Positions 16,791 to 26,023 of a stretch of 32,000 bases of DNA are shown here, one piece after another. The translations under genes and the position numbers were made by a program. Within the stretch, counting starts at the first letter, position 1. Each line of letters begins with the position of its first letter. Under the pieces are notes generated by a model. It searched no databases, was not told the origin of the DNA, and saw only the letters and a list, made by a program, of their open reading frames with translations. Origin of the DNA: Ignicoccus hospitalis KIN4/I (lineage in GTDB: Archaea > Thermoproteota > Thermoprotei_A > Sulfolobales > Ignicoccaceae); contig NC_009776.1 in NCBI RefSeq assembly GCF_000017945.1, positions 660,001 through 692,000 on the forward strand, in the 5' to 3' direction.

Positions 16791-17410
16791 TACTTGCTAT
16801 AATCTTCGTCCTCTTCGGAGCGCTTGAACAGCTGGGGGCAGAGAGGCTCTTCCTCCTTAACTTTTTTCCTCTTCTTCTTGGGCCTAACGTCCGGGTAGAA
16901 GTAAGCGGTCTTCCCTACTATCATGTACCTCACGAGGCGGTACTTGTCCTTTATCCACGGGAACAGCGTCCTCCATTCCTTAAATACGTCGTTACTGACC
17001 ACTATTCCATACTCCCGGTCGGCGACCGACAGTATGAAATAATCGGCCGGCGTGCTGGCCGGGGCTTGGAGTACAACCCCTTTGGCTATGAGCCTCTCTA
17101 GAACTTCGGGCTTGTCCACTTTGTGGCGTAAGGAGGCGTCGGCGATGGCGTAAACCTCGAAGCCCCTCTCCCTGAGGGCATTAATGACTACTAATAAGTT
17201 CTCTATCCTACCCTTCTTTCCAACCTTCGGACCGTGCATAACTACGTTGGAGGCATCAACTACTGCTACGTCTTGAGGGACTCGTACCTTAACTCGTCTA
17301 GGCTGGAGCCTCTTTTCAACAATCCTTCTCATTTTTGGGTATAGCGCGTTCGTGAGTAAGGCTAACGCGGCCGCCACGAGCGCCGTTGTAAGATATTCTG
17401 ACAACGCTCC
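16778..17410 (-). CDS. NYN/Zc3h12a-like PIN-fold ribonuclease with an N-terminal membrane helix
   Basis: 'YLTTALVAAALALLTNALYPKMRR' followed by 'DVAVVDASNVVMHGPKVGKKGRIENLLVVINALRERGFEVYAIADASLRHKVD...DYFILSVADREYGIVVSNDVFKEW'. The track start (17536) runs antisense into hisG; a start near 17410 is more likely. Confidence 0.7.
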   Translation of the reverse strand, partial: GALSEYLTTALVAAALALLTNALYPKMRRIVEKRLQPRRVKVRVPQDVAVVDASNVVMHGPKVGKKGRIENLLVVINALRERGFEVYAIADASLRHKVDKPEVLERLIAKGVVLQAPASTPADYFILSVADREYGIVVSNDVFKEWRTLFPWIKDKYRLVRYMIVGKTAYFYPDVRPKKKRKKVKEEEPLCPQLFKRSEEDEDYSKYYVM

Positions 17411-17501
17411 TTCGAGACGCGTTCGTTTAGCGATCTTTTTAGTTTGCCCCACTTTGGTAGTGCTAATTTTCTTGCCCCTTGGACGCGGACTTCGGAGAGC
17501 C

Positions 17502-18353
17502 GTGAGGTTCGTAATACCGAGTAAGGGCAGACTCAAGGACGCTACACTGGAGCTCTTAGAGAGGGCCGGGATCAGGCCGTCTTACCTCGACTCGCGCGCC
17601 TTGATAGTGCCATCTAACAAACCGAATCTGGACCTCGTCTTTGCTAGGCCGGAGGACATACCTTGGATAGTCGAGAGCGGCGCGGCTGAGGTGGGGATAA
17701 CAGGTCACGACTACGTCCTTGAGTCTGGAAGGGACGTCGCAGAGATCCTTGATCTGAATTACGGTCGCTCGAAGCTCGTCTTGGCGGTTCCCCGAGATTC
17801 CGGAATAAAAAGGCCGGAGGAGCTACCCAAGGGCTTCAGGATAGCTACTAAATTCATCAATATAGCTACTGACTATTTCGAGAAGAAGGGGTTAGACGTG
17901 AAGATCGTGAAGGTCAGCGGCTCGGCTGAGGTGATGCCAGGCATCGGGGCAGCGGACGGGATAATAGACGTAATGTCGACTGGTACGACGCTTAAGCTGC
18001 ACGGCTTGACGCCCATAGACGTGATATTGAGTAGCAGCGCCAGATTGATAGTTAGGAAGGACTTGCTTGACGACCCTCGCGTGGAAACGATAAAGTTAAT
18101 GCTTGAGTCAGTTCTACGGGCATCTAAGAAAAAGTTGGTTATGATGAACGTACCAGACGAAGCGTTGGACGACGTACTCAAAGTGTTGCCGGCCATGTCG
18201 GGTCCTACCATAAGCAAAGTGAAGAGTGAGAAGCCTATGTGGGAGGTCATTGCGGCTGTAGACGAAGACGAGATAGCTGACATAATAGTAAAGTTGAAGA
18301 ACGCAGGAGCAAAGGACATATTAGTTCTTAATGTTGAGAGACTAATCCCTTAG
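17502..18353 (+). CDS. hisG: ATP phosphoribosyltransferase
   Basis: 'RFVIPSKGRLKDATLELLERAGI', 'LDLVFARPEDIPWIVESGAAEVGITGHDYVLE', 'VEVMPG..DGIIDVMSTGTTL'-type signature. GTG start at 17502, not 17352. Confidence 0.93.
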   Translation: MRFVIPSKGRLKDATLELLERAGIRPSYLDSRALIVPSNKPNLDLVFARPEDIPWIVESGAAEVGITGHDYVLESGRDVAEILDLNYGRSKLVLAVPRDSGIKRPEELPKGFRIATKFINIATDYFEKKGLDVKIVKVSGSAEVMPGIGAADGIIDVMSTGTTLKLHGLTPIDVILSSSARLIVRKDLLDDPRVETIKLMLESVLRASKKKLVMMNVPDEALDDVLKVLPAMSGPTISKVKSEKPMWEVIAAVDEDEIADIIVKLKNAGAKDILVLNVERLIP

Positions 18354-19196
18354 CCGGACGATTTTCTGCAAGAGGTCTACAGCTGCCACTAACAAGGGGA
18401 CACCTAGAATTATGGCTAAGGTTTTATCGTTTATCTTTACTATTATATAACTATACAACGTGTCGCCGCTTAACACGACGACCTCGTTCTCGCTCGTTAT
18501 CCCTACGGCGTCAACGCCCCTCTCGAAACTCAACCTTTGGATGATCTCGGTGCCGTTGTATATGAACAAGTTCGAGCCTCGGGAGAAGACTAAGGTTCCG
18601 CCCTCCGCGTCTACGCGCTCGCAGCCTCCTTGCGAGATCAGCTCTACTTCGTTTCCATTATTAACCGCATAGAGACCGTCCTCCGTGCAGACGTATAGGA
18701 GATGATCCAAGTCCACGTCGTTTACGCGGCTCTTGAAGGTAACGTTAAACCCGCCGAGGAGTTTGTGCACCTCCACCTCTTTGTTCCTGACCACTACTAT
18801 TATTCCGTCGTAAACCTTTACAAAGTTCGATTGAGGCATAACGTACGTTATGTTATTTACGAGGTCCAGTATCACCGACACGTTGCTCTCTTGCGACGCC
18901 AGCGCCAACATACCTTCATCGGCGTGACAGCGCGAGGGCACGAACCAGACCTCTCCGACCCTCACCGGATCGAGAGGTTTAAGGTAGTATATCGAAACGC
19001 CCCCGTCGTGGGGAACGACGGCGTAAGGTCCGGCCAAACACGCCGGCGTCCCGGGGAGCTCGAGGAAGGCCTCCAGCGCGCCGCCTTGTCCGTAGAGTTG
19101 GACGGAGCCTCCGTAGAGGGCTACAACTACCCAGTGAGTGTATATGGAAAAGCAACAGACGTGGTGAACTGACATTAATAGAGTAGTTAGTATCAT
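18342..19196 (-). CDS. Uncharacterised protein with C-terminal membrane helix, possibly beta-propeller-like
   Basis: 284 aa; repeated short beta-like segments; C-terminal 'TLAIILGVPLLVAAVDLLQKIVRL'. Confidence 0.6.
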   Translation of the reverse strand: MILTTLLMSVHHVCCFSIYTHWVVVALYGGSVQLYGQGGALEAFLELPGTPACLAGPYAVVPHDGGVSIYYLKPLDPVRVGEVWFVPSRCHADEGMLALASQESNVSVILDLVNNITYVMPQSNFVKVYDGIIVVVRNKEVEVHKLLGGFNVTFKSRVNDVDLDHLLYVCTEDGLYAVNNGNEVELISQGGCERVDAEGGTLVFSRGSNLFIYNGTEIIQRLSFERGVDAVGITSENEVVVLSGDTLYSYIIVKINDKTLAIILGVPLLVAAVDLLQKIVRLRD

Positions 19197-19214
19197 CGGA
19201 GGGCCGCGAAAGGC

Positions 19215-19733
19215 GTGACGGTTGTAGTAATAAGTGGACCACCCGGTAGCGGGAAGAGTACTGTGGCAAAGAAGCTGGCCTCGGAGCTCGGCTTGAGGTT
19301 CGTCTCCGCGGGATCCGTGTTCAGAAAGCTAGCTGAGGAGATCGGCGTATCGCTCTTGGAGTTGAACGAGATGGCGCTCAAGGATCCAGAAATAGACTTG
19401 AGGATAGACAGAATGGTACTCGAGGAGGCTAGGAGGGGGAATGTCGTAATAGAGGCCCACTTGGGCGGCTGGGTCGCCGCCCCTTACGCGGACGTGAACG
19501 TTTACTTGACGGCCCCTCTGGAAGAGAGGGCTAAGAGAATAGCCCGTCGCGATGGCATAAGTTACGAAGAAGCGTTGGAGGAGATCCTCTCGAGGGAGGA
19601 GGTGCAGTGGATAAGGTTCAGAAAGCTTTACGGGTTTGACGTAGCGAGCTTGGAAATATTTGACTTAGTCGTCAACACTGCGTTGATGGGACCCGAGGCC
19701 GTGGTCGAGACAATCAAGAGGATGTTACTTTAG
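19215..19733 (+). CDS. cmk: Cytidylate kinase, archaeal type
   Basis: 'VVVISGPPGSGKSTVAKKLASELGLRFVSAGSVFRKLAEE'; 172 aa. Confidence 0.88.
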   Translation: MTVVVISGPPGSGKSTVAKKLASELGLRFVSAGSVFRKLAEEIGVSLLELNEMALKDPEIDLRIDRMVLEEARRGNVVIEAHLGGWVAAPYADVNVYLTAPLEERAKRIARRDGISYEEALEEILSREEVQWIRFRKLYGFDVASLEIFDLVVNTALMGPEAVVETIKRMLL

Positions 19734-20568
19734 CCTTTTCAACCTTTTCGACGATTTTGTCGGCTATCTTTAGGAACGCCTTCGCGGCTGGCGTATCGGG
19801 GTACTCTACGAAGAACGGTATGCCCTTGTCGTTGCTCTCCGATATCCTCGGGTCGAGGGGTATGGAGCCCAAGAAGTCCACGCCGGCTCTCTCTGCGACC
19901 CTCTTGCCCCCTCCGCTGCCGAATATCGGGTAGGTCTTCCCGTCGCACGGGCAAGTGAAGCCCGACATGTTCTCTACAATGCCGAGTATGGGCACGTTCA
20001 ACCTCTTAGCGAAGTTTACGGATTTCATCACCACTTTTTGAGACACTTCCGACGGTATAGTAACTATTATCGCGCCCGTCAGGTTAGGGATCATTTGGGC
20101 CACCGTCAAGGGGGCGTCGCCCGTTCCCGGAGGCAAGTCTATTAGCATGTAGTCGGCCTCTCCCCACAAGACGTTCTCGAGGAGCTCCAGCATGGCATTG
20201 GTGAGCATCGGTCCCCTCCAAATGACTGGGGCTTCGTCGTCGGGGAGCATGAAGTCTACGCTTACTATCTTCACTCCGAGGGGTCCGGTAACCGGAATTA
20301 GGCCTTCGGGGGTGGCGTAAACCCTCTGTCCCTCTACACCCATCATTTTTGGGATGCTGGGGCCGTAGAAGTCCGCGTCCAGCACGACAACTTTCTTACC
20401 CCTGTAGGCCAAGGCAAACGCTAGGTTTGCCGTGACGAACGACTTGCCGACCCCTCCCTTACCGCTCATTACGGCTATCTTGTACTTTATTCCGCTTAAT
20501 CTATCAGCAATACTCTTCTGTATCTCTTGAATGGGCCTGAAGGGAAGCTTCTTCTGAGGTGCGCTCAA
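19714..20568 (-). CDS. Mrp/NBP35-family Fe-S carrier ATPase
   Basis: 'IAVMSGKGGVGKSFVTANLAFALA', 'DADFYGPSIPKMMGV', 'MSGFTCPCDGKTYPIFGSGGG' signatures. Confidence 0.93.
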   Translation of the reverse strand: MSAPQKKLPFRPIQEIQKSIADRLSGIKYKIAVMSGKGGVGKSFVTANLAFALAYRGKKVVVLDADFYGPSIPKMMGVEGQRVYATPEGLIPVTGPLGVKIVSVDFMLPDDEAPVIWRGPMLTNAMLELLENVLWGEADYMLIDLPPGTGDAPLTVAQMIPNLTGAIIVTIPSEVSQKVVMKSVNFAKRLNVPILGIVENMSGFTCPCDGKTYPIFGSGGGKRVAERAGVDFLGSIPLDPRISESNDKGIPFFVEYPDTPAAKAFLKIADKIVEKVEKAKVTSS

Positions 20569-20637
20569 CTCCCTAAAACCCCGCGCAACTCAGCATTACA
20601 AAAATAAAAAGTCTAATAGAGTGGCTTCGGGCAAAAT

Positions 20638-21603
20638 TTGAGCGTCTCGGCTAGAGCGCCAACCAAAGTTACCTTGTTCGGGGAACACTCAGTAGTCTAC
20701 GGCAAGCCGGCCATAGTATTCTCTATGCCGATTTACATAAATGTGAAGCTGAGCCTCAGCGACGATCTAATGGTAATAACTGGCCCTGTGAGCCTTAGAA
20801 GCGTAGATTTAGTGATTTCCAAGGACAAAATAGAGGTCGGCGACTTGGTGAGGAAACAAATGGAGAAGTACGTTTCATACGTCGTTGAAGCCTTGCAAAC
20901 CATTGGGGTGGAAGGCGCGAGGGTGGAGATAGAGTCGCCCATGCCGGTGGGCGCGGGAGTCGGCACCAGCGCGGCAGTAACTGTCGGTACGATAGCGGCG
21001 GCGTGTGCCCTAAAGAGGTGCGGGCTGAACAAGGAGGGAATCGCCAAGCTCGCTTGGGAGGTCGAAAAGAAGGTTCAAGGGAAGGCCAGCCCTATGGATA
21101 CTTTCGCTTCGGCCTTGGGCGGCGTTTTATGGATAGAGAAGGAGGACAGCGGGTGGAAAATAGAGCGGTTAAGCGTGGACCAGCTCCCGCTAGTCGTCGG
21201 GATTTTTGAGAAGAGGAAGACGACAGCTGAGCTCGTGAGGGAAGTGGCCTTAAAGGTTCAACGATCCGAGATCTATAAGGACATAATCGAGCTTATGGGA
21301 AAAATAGCCAGGGAAGCCCGTGAGGCCTTGATCAAGGGAGACCTCAAGGAGCTGGGGGAGCTTATGAAGCTAAACAACGCCATGCTCGAGGCGTTAGGAC
21401 TGGTGACCAAAGAAGTATCGAATGCGATACACGCGGCCGAGTTAGCTGGGGCTTACGGCGCGAAAGCGTCGGGCGCGGGGAGCGGCGGGGCAGTCGTAGC
21501 GCTGGCCGAGGACGTTAAAGCGGTGAGGGCAGCGCTCTTGGCCTCCGGGGCCAAGAAGGTCTTCATCGTAGAGAACCCCTCCCGAGGTGTCGAACTTATA
21601 TAG
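20638..21603 (+). CDS. mvk: Mevalonate kinase (GHMP family)
   Basis: 'APTKVTLFGEHSVVYGKPAIVFSM', 'ESPMPVGAGVGTSAAVTVGTIAA', 'AKASGAGSGGAVVAL'. Confidence 0.92.
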   Translation: MSVSARAPTKVTLFGEHSVVYGKPAIVFSMPIYINVKLSLSDDLMVITGPVSLRSVDLVISKDKIEVGDLVRKQMEKYVSYVVEALQTIGVEGARVEIESPMPVGAGVGTSAAVTVGTIAAACALKRCGLNKEGIAKLAWEVEKKVQGKASPMDTFASALGGVLWIEKEDSGWKIERLSVDQLPLVVGIFEKRKTTAELVREVALKVQRSEIYKDIIELMGKIAREAREALIKGDLKELGELMKLNNAMLEALGLVTKEVSNAIHAAELAGAYGAKASGAGSGGAVVALAEDVKAVRAALLASGAKKVFIVENPSRGVELI

Positions 21604-21666
21604 ATATCGCTATATTTACGCCGTTTTTAAAAACCAGACGGGTGAGCAAGACACGGGAAGGGCGTC

Positions 21667-22275
21667 ATGAAGAAAACCTCACTATTCCTCCTCGCGCTCC
21701 TAGCTGCGCCGCTCTTCGCAATGTCCAACGGCGCCCCCAACTTTGGGTGTACCATGTGCCACCAAGACGCGAAGCCTCTCAGCCCTCAACACATAGTAAT
21801 CAAGGGCCTCCCCCAGTACTACGAGCCCGGTAAGAGCTACCGCATAACTATTGAGGTAACCGACGCTAACGAGTGCACCCCCGCCATGACCGCTTGCGGC
21901 GGCTTCGCGCTCCAAGCGAACGCCGGCGAGTTCAAGGTAGTTGATCCTACTAACACCTTCATAGCTCACCCCACGCCCACTGAGTCGTTTGTGACCCACA
22001 CTAAGGAAGGTAGCATGAAGAGGACTTGGACCGTCGAGTGGGTCGCCCCCAAGGAGAGGAAGCCCGTAACCTTTAGGGTGGCAGTAATAGCGGCCAACGG
22101 CGACGGCAGCCCCTTCGGCGACTACTTCGGCATGAAGACTTTCGTCTTACAGCCGGCGGTCCCCGGAGTGAACCCCACGGTAACTACCACCCAAGGTAAC
22201 GTGATAACCATAACCAAGACCGTTTGGGTAACTGTTACTATAACTAAGACCATAACTGTGACTCTGAGCGGCTAA
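21667..22275 (+). CDS. Secreted protein with one CxxCH haem-binding motif and a Reeler/choice-of-anchor-like domain
   Basis: Signal-like 'MKKTSLFLLALLAAPLFAMS', 'CTMCH', 'LPQYYEPGKSYRITIEVTD...GGFALQANAGEFKV', and a Thr/Val-rich tail 'ITITKTVWVTVTITKTITVTLSG'. Confidence 0.65.
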   Translation: MKKTSLFLLALLAAPLFAMSNGAPNFGCTMCHQDAKPLSPQHIVIKGLPQYYEPGKSYRITIEVTDANECTPAMTACGGFALQANAGEFKVVDPTNTFIAHPTPTESFVTHTKEGSMKRTWTVEWVAPKERKPVTFRVAVIAANGDGSPFGDYFGMKTFVLQPAVPGVNPTVTTTQGNVITITKTVWVTVTITKTITVTLSG

Positions 22276-22339
22276 AGGTAATTTTTGTACTCTTTCGTCT
22301 CTCGCTTCACGACACGCTTCCCTTACCCTTAAATTTAGG

Positions 22340-22362
22340 CCTTCGTTCGTGGCGAACGAAGG
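22340..22362. repeat. Perfect 10-bp inverted repeat with 3-nt loop, CCTTCGTTCG-TGG-CGAACGAAGG
   Basis: Read directly; about 10 bp upstream of the GTG start at 22372 and just downstream of AT-rich 'cttaaattta'. Confidence 0.9.
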
Positions 22363-22371
22363 GGTGAGATC

Positions 22372-22644
22372 GTGAGCGCGGCTAGCTATGATAACGAGGC
22401 TAAGATCAGGCAAGCGAAGACCATGCTTATGAGGGTGATAAACGACCCGGCCGTCCCCAGGAACATCCGGAGGGCTTGTATAGAAGCCGTGAGGCACTTA
22501 GAGAACGAGCGCTTGAGCCCGGGCGTGAGGGCGGCCAACGCGATAAGTGCTTTGGACGAGATAGTGCAAGACCCCAACATGCCTATACATACGAGAATAA
22601 CTATATGGAACGTCGTAACCCTCCTCGAGACAGTGAAGGACTAA
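22372..22644 (+). CDS. UPF0147 family protein
   Basis: 90 aa; '[55 protein letters not shown]'. Confidence 0.9.
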   Translation: MSAASYDNEAKIRQAKTMLMRVINDPAVPRNIRRACIEAVRHLENERLSPGVRAANAISALDEIVQDPNMPIHTRITIWNVVTLLETVKD

Positions 22645-22655
22645 AGGGGTCGATA

Positions 22656-24065
22656 ATGGAAAAACCTAGGGTCAGGGTAAGAGGTATCTACGCAACGGCT
22701 GTAGCTAAGGTTTTATTGGACGAGGGGCTCGAGCTGAGTGACCTCTCGAAGAAGCTCAAGGAGAGAATAGGACACGAGGGCTCTCCCGAGCCTCCTCACG
22801 TAACTGTCAAGCAGTCGGATGACAACCCTGACCAATTGGTTATCATCGGGTTTCCCGAGGAGACGGATAAGGTTATTCAAACGCTCAGAAAGAGCATGCC
22901 CTATTCTGTACACCACTTAGCGAGGCCTAACCTCCACAGCGCTTATGTGGTCGAGGTGGACGAGGAGTGTAGGACTAAACTAGGCGAAGAGGAAGTGAGG
23001 GTTAAGGCGAAGGAGTGTTACGACGGAAAAAAGTTAATAGCTGAGGTCGTGCGTTCCAGGGTCTTCCCGACCGATAAATTGGTGATGGAAGAGGGCTTCC
23101 GGGTGATAGGGCTCTATGCAGAACTAGTGATCGGCAGGGGGAGCGGAGTAACTTTCTCTAAGCATATTACAGACTTGGAGACCAAGATGTTACTAATGAA
23201 CTTGGCTGCTGAGGTCGTCAGGAGGGGGGTAAAAGTCCACTGGAGGAGCTCAGCCAAGAAGGCCGAACCTCAAGTCCTCCTCGAGGAGCTCGAGAAGCTT
23301 TACGACGAGGCCACGAAGATAATGGTAAAGGCGAGGGACGCCGACCACGGGACCGAAGTCTATCCCGGCGAGAGGCTGGACGTGGTCGAGCTGACCTTAG
23401 AAGACAAGGTAATCCTGGACGAAATCCGGTCGAAGGTGGTGCCCACGATGCCTTACCATCACAGCCTCAAGTCCGGGGGCGACCGCATGGCCGCTGCCGT
23501 CGAGTTGGGCGATAAGATAGCAGCGAGTAGCGAGGTTAAGGCAGAGAGCGTCATAGACTACATAATTGACTTAGCAAGGGATATGAAGTACCTTAACATA
23601 ATCCACAAGAAGGTTGACGGCGCCGAGTACTCGTTGGGCAGGGCAAGGGTTAGGGGGAACGTAGATAACTACTTGGTCTTAGAGAGGAGGAGCAAGGACT
23701 ATGGAAAGTACGACGGCTTGGACGTGGTGAAGGAGCCGGGGGACCTCATGATCACGCTGGTAAGCCCGTTCTCGAGGTACCTAATACACGCGTACTACGA
23801 CCAGTACGGCAACGAGAAGGGAATTTACGTTAACGTAAACACCGGTGTGGAGGTGGGGGAAGGCAACGTGAGGTACATAGACTTGGAAGTTGATATAATA
23901 CACAAGGACGGGGAGTGGAGTGTAATAGACGAAGACGGGCTGGACCGCTTACCCGCCCCCTTGCGCGAGCTCGCAGTGGCTGAGGTTGAAAAGCTCCTCT
24001 CGCACCCCGACCGGATAAAAGAAGTTGTCGCGAATGCACGAGAGCTGCTCTCTGCTCAACTCTAA
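22656..24065 (+). CDS. FAU-1-type (AU-rich RNA-binding/RNase E/G-like, DUF402-containing) ribonuclease
   Basis: 'KPRVRVRGIYATAVAKVLLDEGLELSDLSKKLKER', '..GRARVRGNVDNYLVLERRSKDYGKYDGLDVVKEPGDLMITLVSPFSRYLIHAYYDQYGNEKGIYVNVNTGVEV'. ATG start at 22656 replaces the extended 22476 start. Confidence 0.82.
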   Translation: MEKPRVRVRGIYATAVAKVLLDEGLELSDLSKKLKERIGHEGSPEPPHVTVKQSDDNPDQLVIIGFPEETDKVIQTLRKSMPYSVHHLARPNLHSAYVVEVDEECRTKLGEEEVRVKAKECYDGKKLIAEVVRSRVFPTDKLVMEEGFRVIGLYAELVIGRGSGVTFSKHITDLETKMLLMNLAAEVVRRGVKVHWRSSAKKAEPQVLLEELEKLYDEATKIMVKARDADHGTEVYPGERLDVVELTLEDKVILDEIRSKVVPTMPYHHSLKSGGDRMAAAVELGDKIAASSEVKAESVIDYIIDLARDMKYLNIIHKKVDGAEYSLGRARVRGNVDNYLVLERRSKDYGKYDGLDVVKEPGDLMITLVSPFSRYLIHAYYDQYGNEKGIYVNVNTGVEVGEGNVRYIDLEVDIIHKDGEWSVIDEDGLDRLPAPLRELAVAEVEKLLSHPDRIKEVVANARELLSAQL

Positions 24066-24534
24066 AGTTGCCTTGGCCTACGGAGAGCCGTTCAAGAAAC
24101 TCTACTTGCTGCCATCCCTCTTGGGCTGCGACGAAGAGACGGTGTATCTGATACCTTCTCACTTAGCTTACTTGGAGTACTTCGTAGAGAAGGGGTTGGT
24201 GACTGAAGTCAATAACGCGAGAGAGTTGATAATAAAGCTGAACGAGGCCATGAGGAGAAAGATGAACGTCGCGGTGGTAGAGCCGGAGGAGCTCCAAGGT
24301 ATTAAGAACGTTCGGAAGATGATGGCGTTTGTATCTTGGTACTTGAAGGAGTACACGGCGAGGAGTGGGAGGAGGGCCTTCATCTTGCTGAGGACGAGCG
24401 GTTTCACGGAAAGGCCGCCCTTCTTTAACTACGTAGAGCCGTGGGCCGGAGTAGTGATTGAAGTTATCTTCAAGCGCGGGAAAGTGTTAATGAATGTGGA
24501 CTACGGCGGAGGTGTGGAGGTTTGGACTATCTAA
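24025..24534 (+). CDS. Hypothetical protein (up to 169 aa; the true start may be downstream of 24025)
   Basis: ORF between the FAU-1-like gene and carS on the same strand. Confidence 0.6.
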   Translation: MSRMHESCSLLNSKVALAYGEPFKKLYLLPSLLGCDEETVYLIPSHLAYLEYFVEKGLVTEVNNARELIIKLNEAMRRKMNVAVVEPEELQGIKNVRKMMAFVSWYLKEYTARSGRRAFILLRTSGFTERPPFFNYVEPWAGVVIEVIFKRGKVLMNVDYGGGVEVWTI

Positions 24535-25037
24535 ACGCAATAGTACAAGTGATAACGTATCTCGTCATGTATTACGCCCCAGCTATGGTGGCCAACGCTT
24601 CTCCGGTCTTCGTGGGGAGGGGCACTCCTCTCGACTTCGGGAAGAGGTTCTGGGACGGGAGGCGCTTGCTAGGTGACGGCAAGACGTGGGAGGGACTAAT
24701 GGTCGGAATGTTGTTCGGTTCGACTATAGCGTGCGCAGAGTCAGTCCTATTGGACTCGCCCGCCTTGTACGTGTACGGCCTAATGGCGGTCCTCGGGGCT
24801 CTAATAGGGGATATAGTCTCTTCATTCTTTAAAAGGAGAATCGGCTTGGAGAGGGGCGCTCCCCTACCTCTGGTCGACCAACTCGACTTCTACGTAGGAG
24901 CTACTGCCTTCATGATTGCAGTCGGGTGGAAGCCCGAGTGGAAGCTGGTGGCGCTGGGTGCAATAATAATAGTTATACTACACAAGCTGACTAACTTGAT
25001 AGCGTACTACCTTCACTTGAAGGACGTTCCTTGGTAA
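24522..25037 (+). CDS. carS: CDP-archaeol synthase
   Basis: 171 aa membrane protein (DUF46); '[33 protein letters not shown]', '[34 protein letters not shown]'. Confidence 0.93.
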   Translation: MDYLNAIVQVITYLVMYYAPAMVANASPVFVGRGTPLDFGKRFWDGRRLLGDGKTWEGLMVGMLFGSTIACAESVLLDSPALYVYGLMAVLGALIGDIVSSFFKRRIGLERGAPLPLVDQLDFYVGATAFMIAVGWKPEWKLVALGAIIIVILHKLTNLIAYYLHLKDVPW

Positions 25038-25185
25038 GCTTGGCTAGGACTCTGTACTTAACGTACTTGTCTTCTGGACTGAACCTCGGCGGGTGGGGTA
25101 CTGTCGTCTGTCCGTTACACACCGGGCAGACGTCCTTGAAGGTGTACCTGCCACACCTCACACACTTCTTCATTAAGAACTTCAT
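24991..25185 (-). CDS. nop10: H/ACA ribonucleoprotein Nop10
   Basis: 64 aa; '[45 protein letters not shown]'. Confidence 0.93.
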   Translation of the reverse strand: MKFLMKKCVRCGRYTFKDVCPVCNGQTTVPHPPRFSPEDKYVKYRVLAKLTKERPSSEGSTLSS

Positions 25186-25979
25186 TTCCTTCCCACCTGT
25201 TCGAACTTAGCCACTTCTAACCCCTCTGCTTTCGCCTCTTCAAGGATCTTCTCTCCCACGGCCTCGAGCGTCTTCCCCGCGGTCTTGTAATCTAAAGCCG
25301 TCACCTCTACCATGTACCTAGGCGCCCCCACAGTATACACCCTCACGTTTATCTCGTCACCCTTGATGAAGTCGTAAGCGCTCATGAGGGTCCTCCTGAT
25401 ACGGTCGACTCCGTCCGGCGCGAAGGACTGCAATATGGCCATGCCTACTACTTTCGCCGGCTTTATCTTTATGTGAGTCTTCGCAACTTCTGTTATAGCC
25501 TTTGCCACTTCTTCCGGAATGCCCAGCTTGGTTAGCACTTCCTCCCCTCCTAAGGCGGCCTCCTCAAACACTCCCAGCAAGTCACCGAAGTGCTTCTGGA
25601 TGTGGGGTTCCAACATGTTGTATAACTTGTCGTAGTCCTCGCCGAGAGCTTCGGCTACCAACTTCAACAAGTTTTCTCCTTTCTTAAACCTCTTATACAT
25701 GTACATCTTTCTCTTTCGTTCGGAATCCGTCACCTTCTTTAGCGAGAGGTCGACCGTCCCCCTCTTCTTATTTACCCTTATGACTTTGCAAACTATCTTT
25801 TGGTTTTCCTTCAAGACTTGCCTTATGTTCCTAACCCACCTGGACGCCACTTCGCTCCAAGGGAGGTAAGCTTCCAAGTCGTCATACTCGTCCAGGGTGA
25901 CGTAAGCGCCGTAGTCGAACACCTCTCTGACTGTCGCGACGACTAGTTCTCCCACTCTGGGCAACCTCTTCTTGGGCAT
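25182..25979 (-). CDS. eif2a: Translation initiation factor aIF2 subunit alpha
   Basis: 265 aa; S1 domain '[60 protein letters not shown]'. Confidence 0.95.
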   Translation of the reverse strand: MPKKRLPRVGELVVATVREVFDYGAYVTLDEYDDLEAYLPWSEVASRWVRNIRQVLKENQKIVCKVIRVNKKRGTVDLSLKKVTDSERKRKMYMYKRFKKGENLLKLVAEALGEDYDKLYNMLEPHIQKHFGDLLGVFEEAALGGEEVLTKLGIPEEVAKAITEVAKTHIKIKPAKVVGMAILQSFAPDGVDRIRRTLMSAYDFIKGDEINVRVYTVGAPRYMVEVTALDYKTAGKTLEAVGEKILEEAKAEGLEVAKFEQVGRK

Positions 25980-26023
25980 TTTACCTCCTCGTCTCCTTCG
26001 TGGTTTACGGGGTTAAATGGTAG

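Noticed and set aside
17352-17501. Extended N-terminus of hisG in the ORF track
   Set aside because: HisG homology begins at RFVIPSKGR; the GTG at 17502 is the sensible start.
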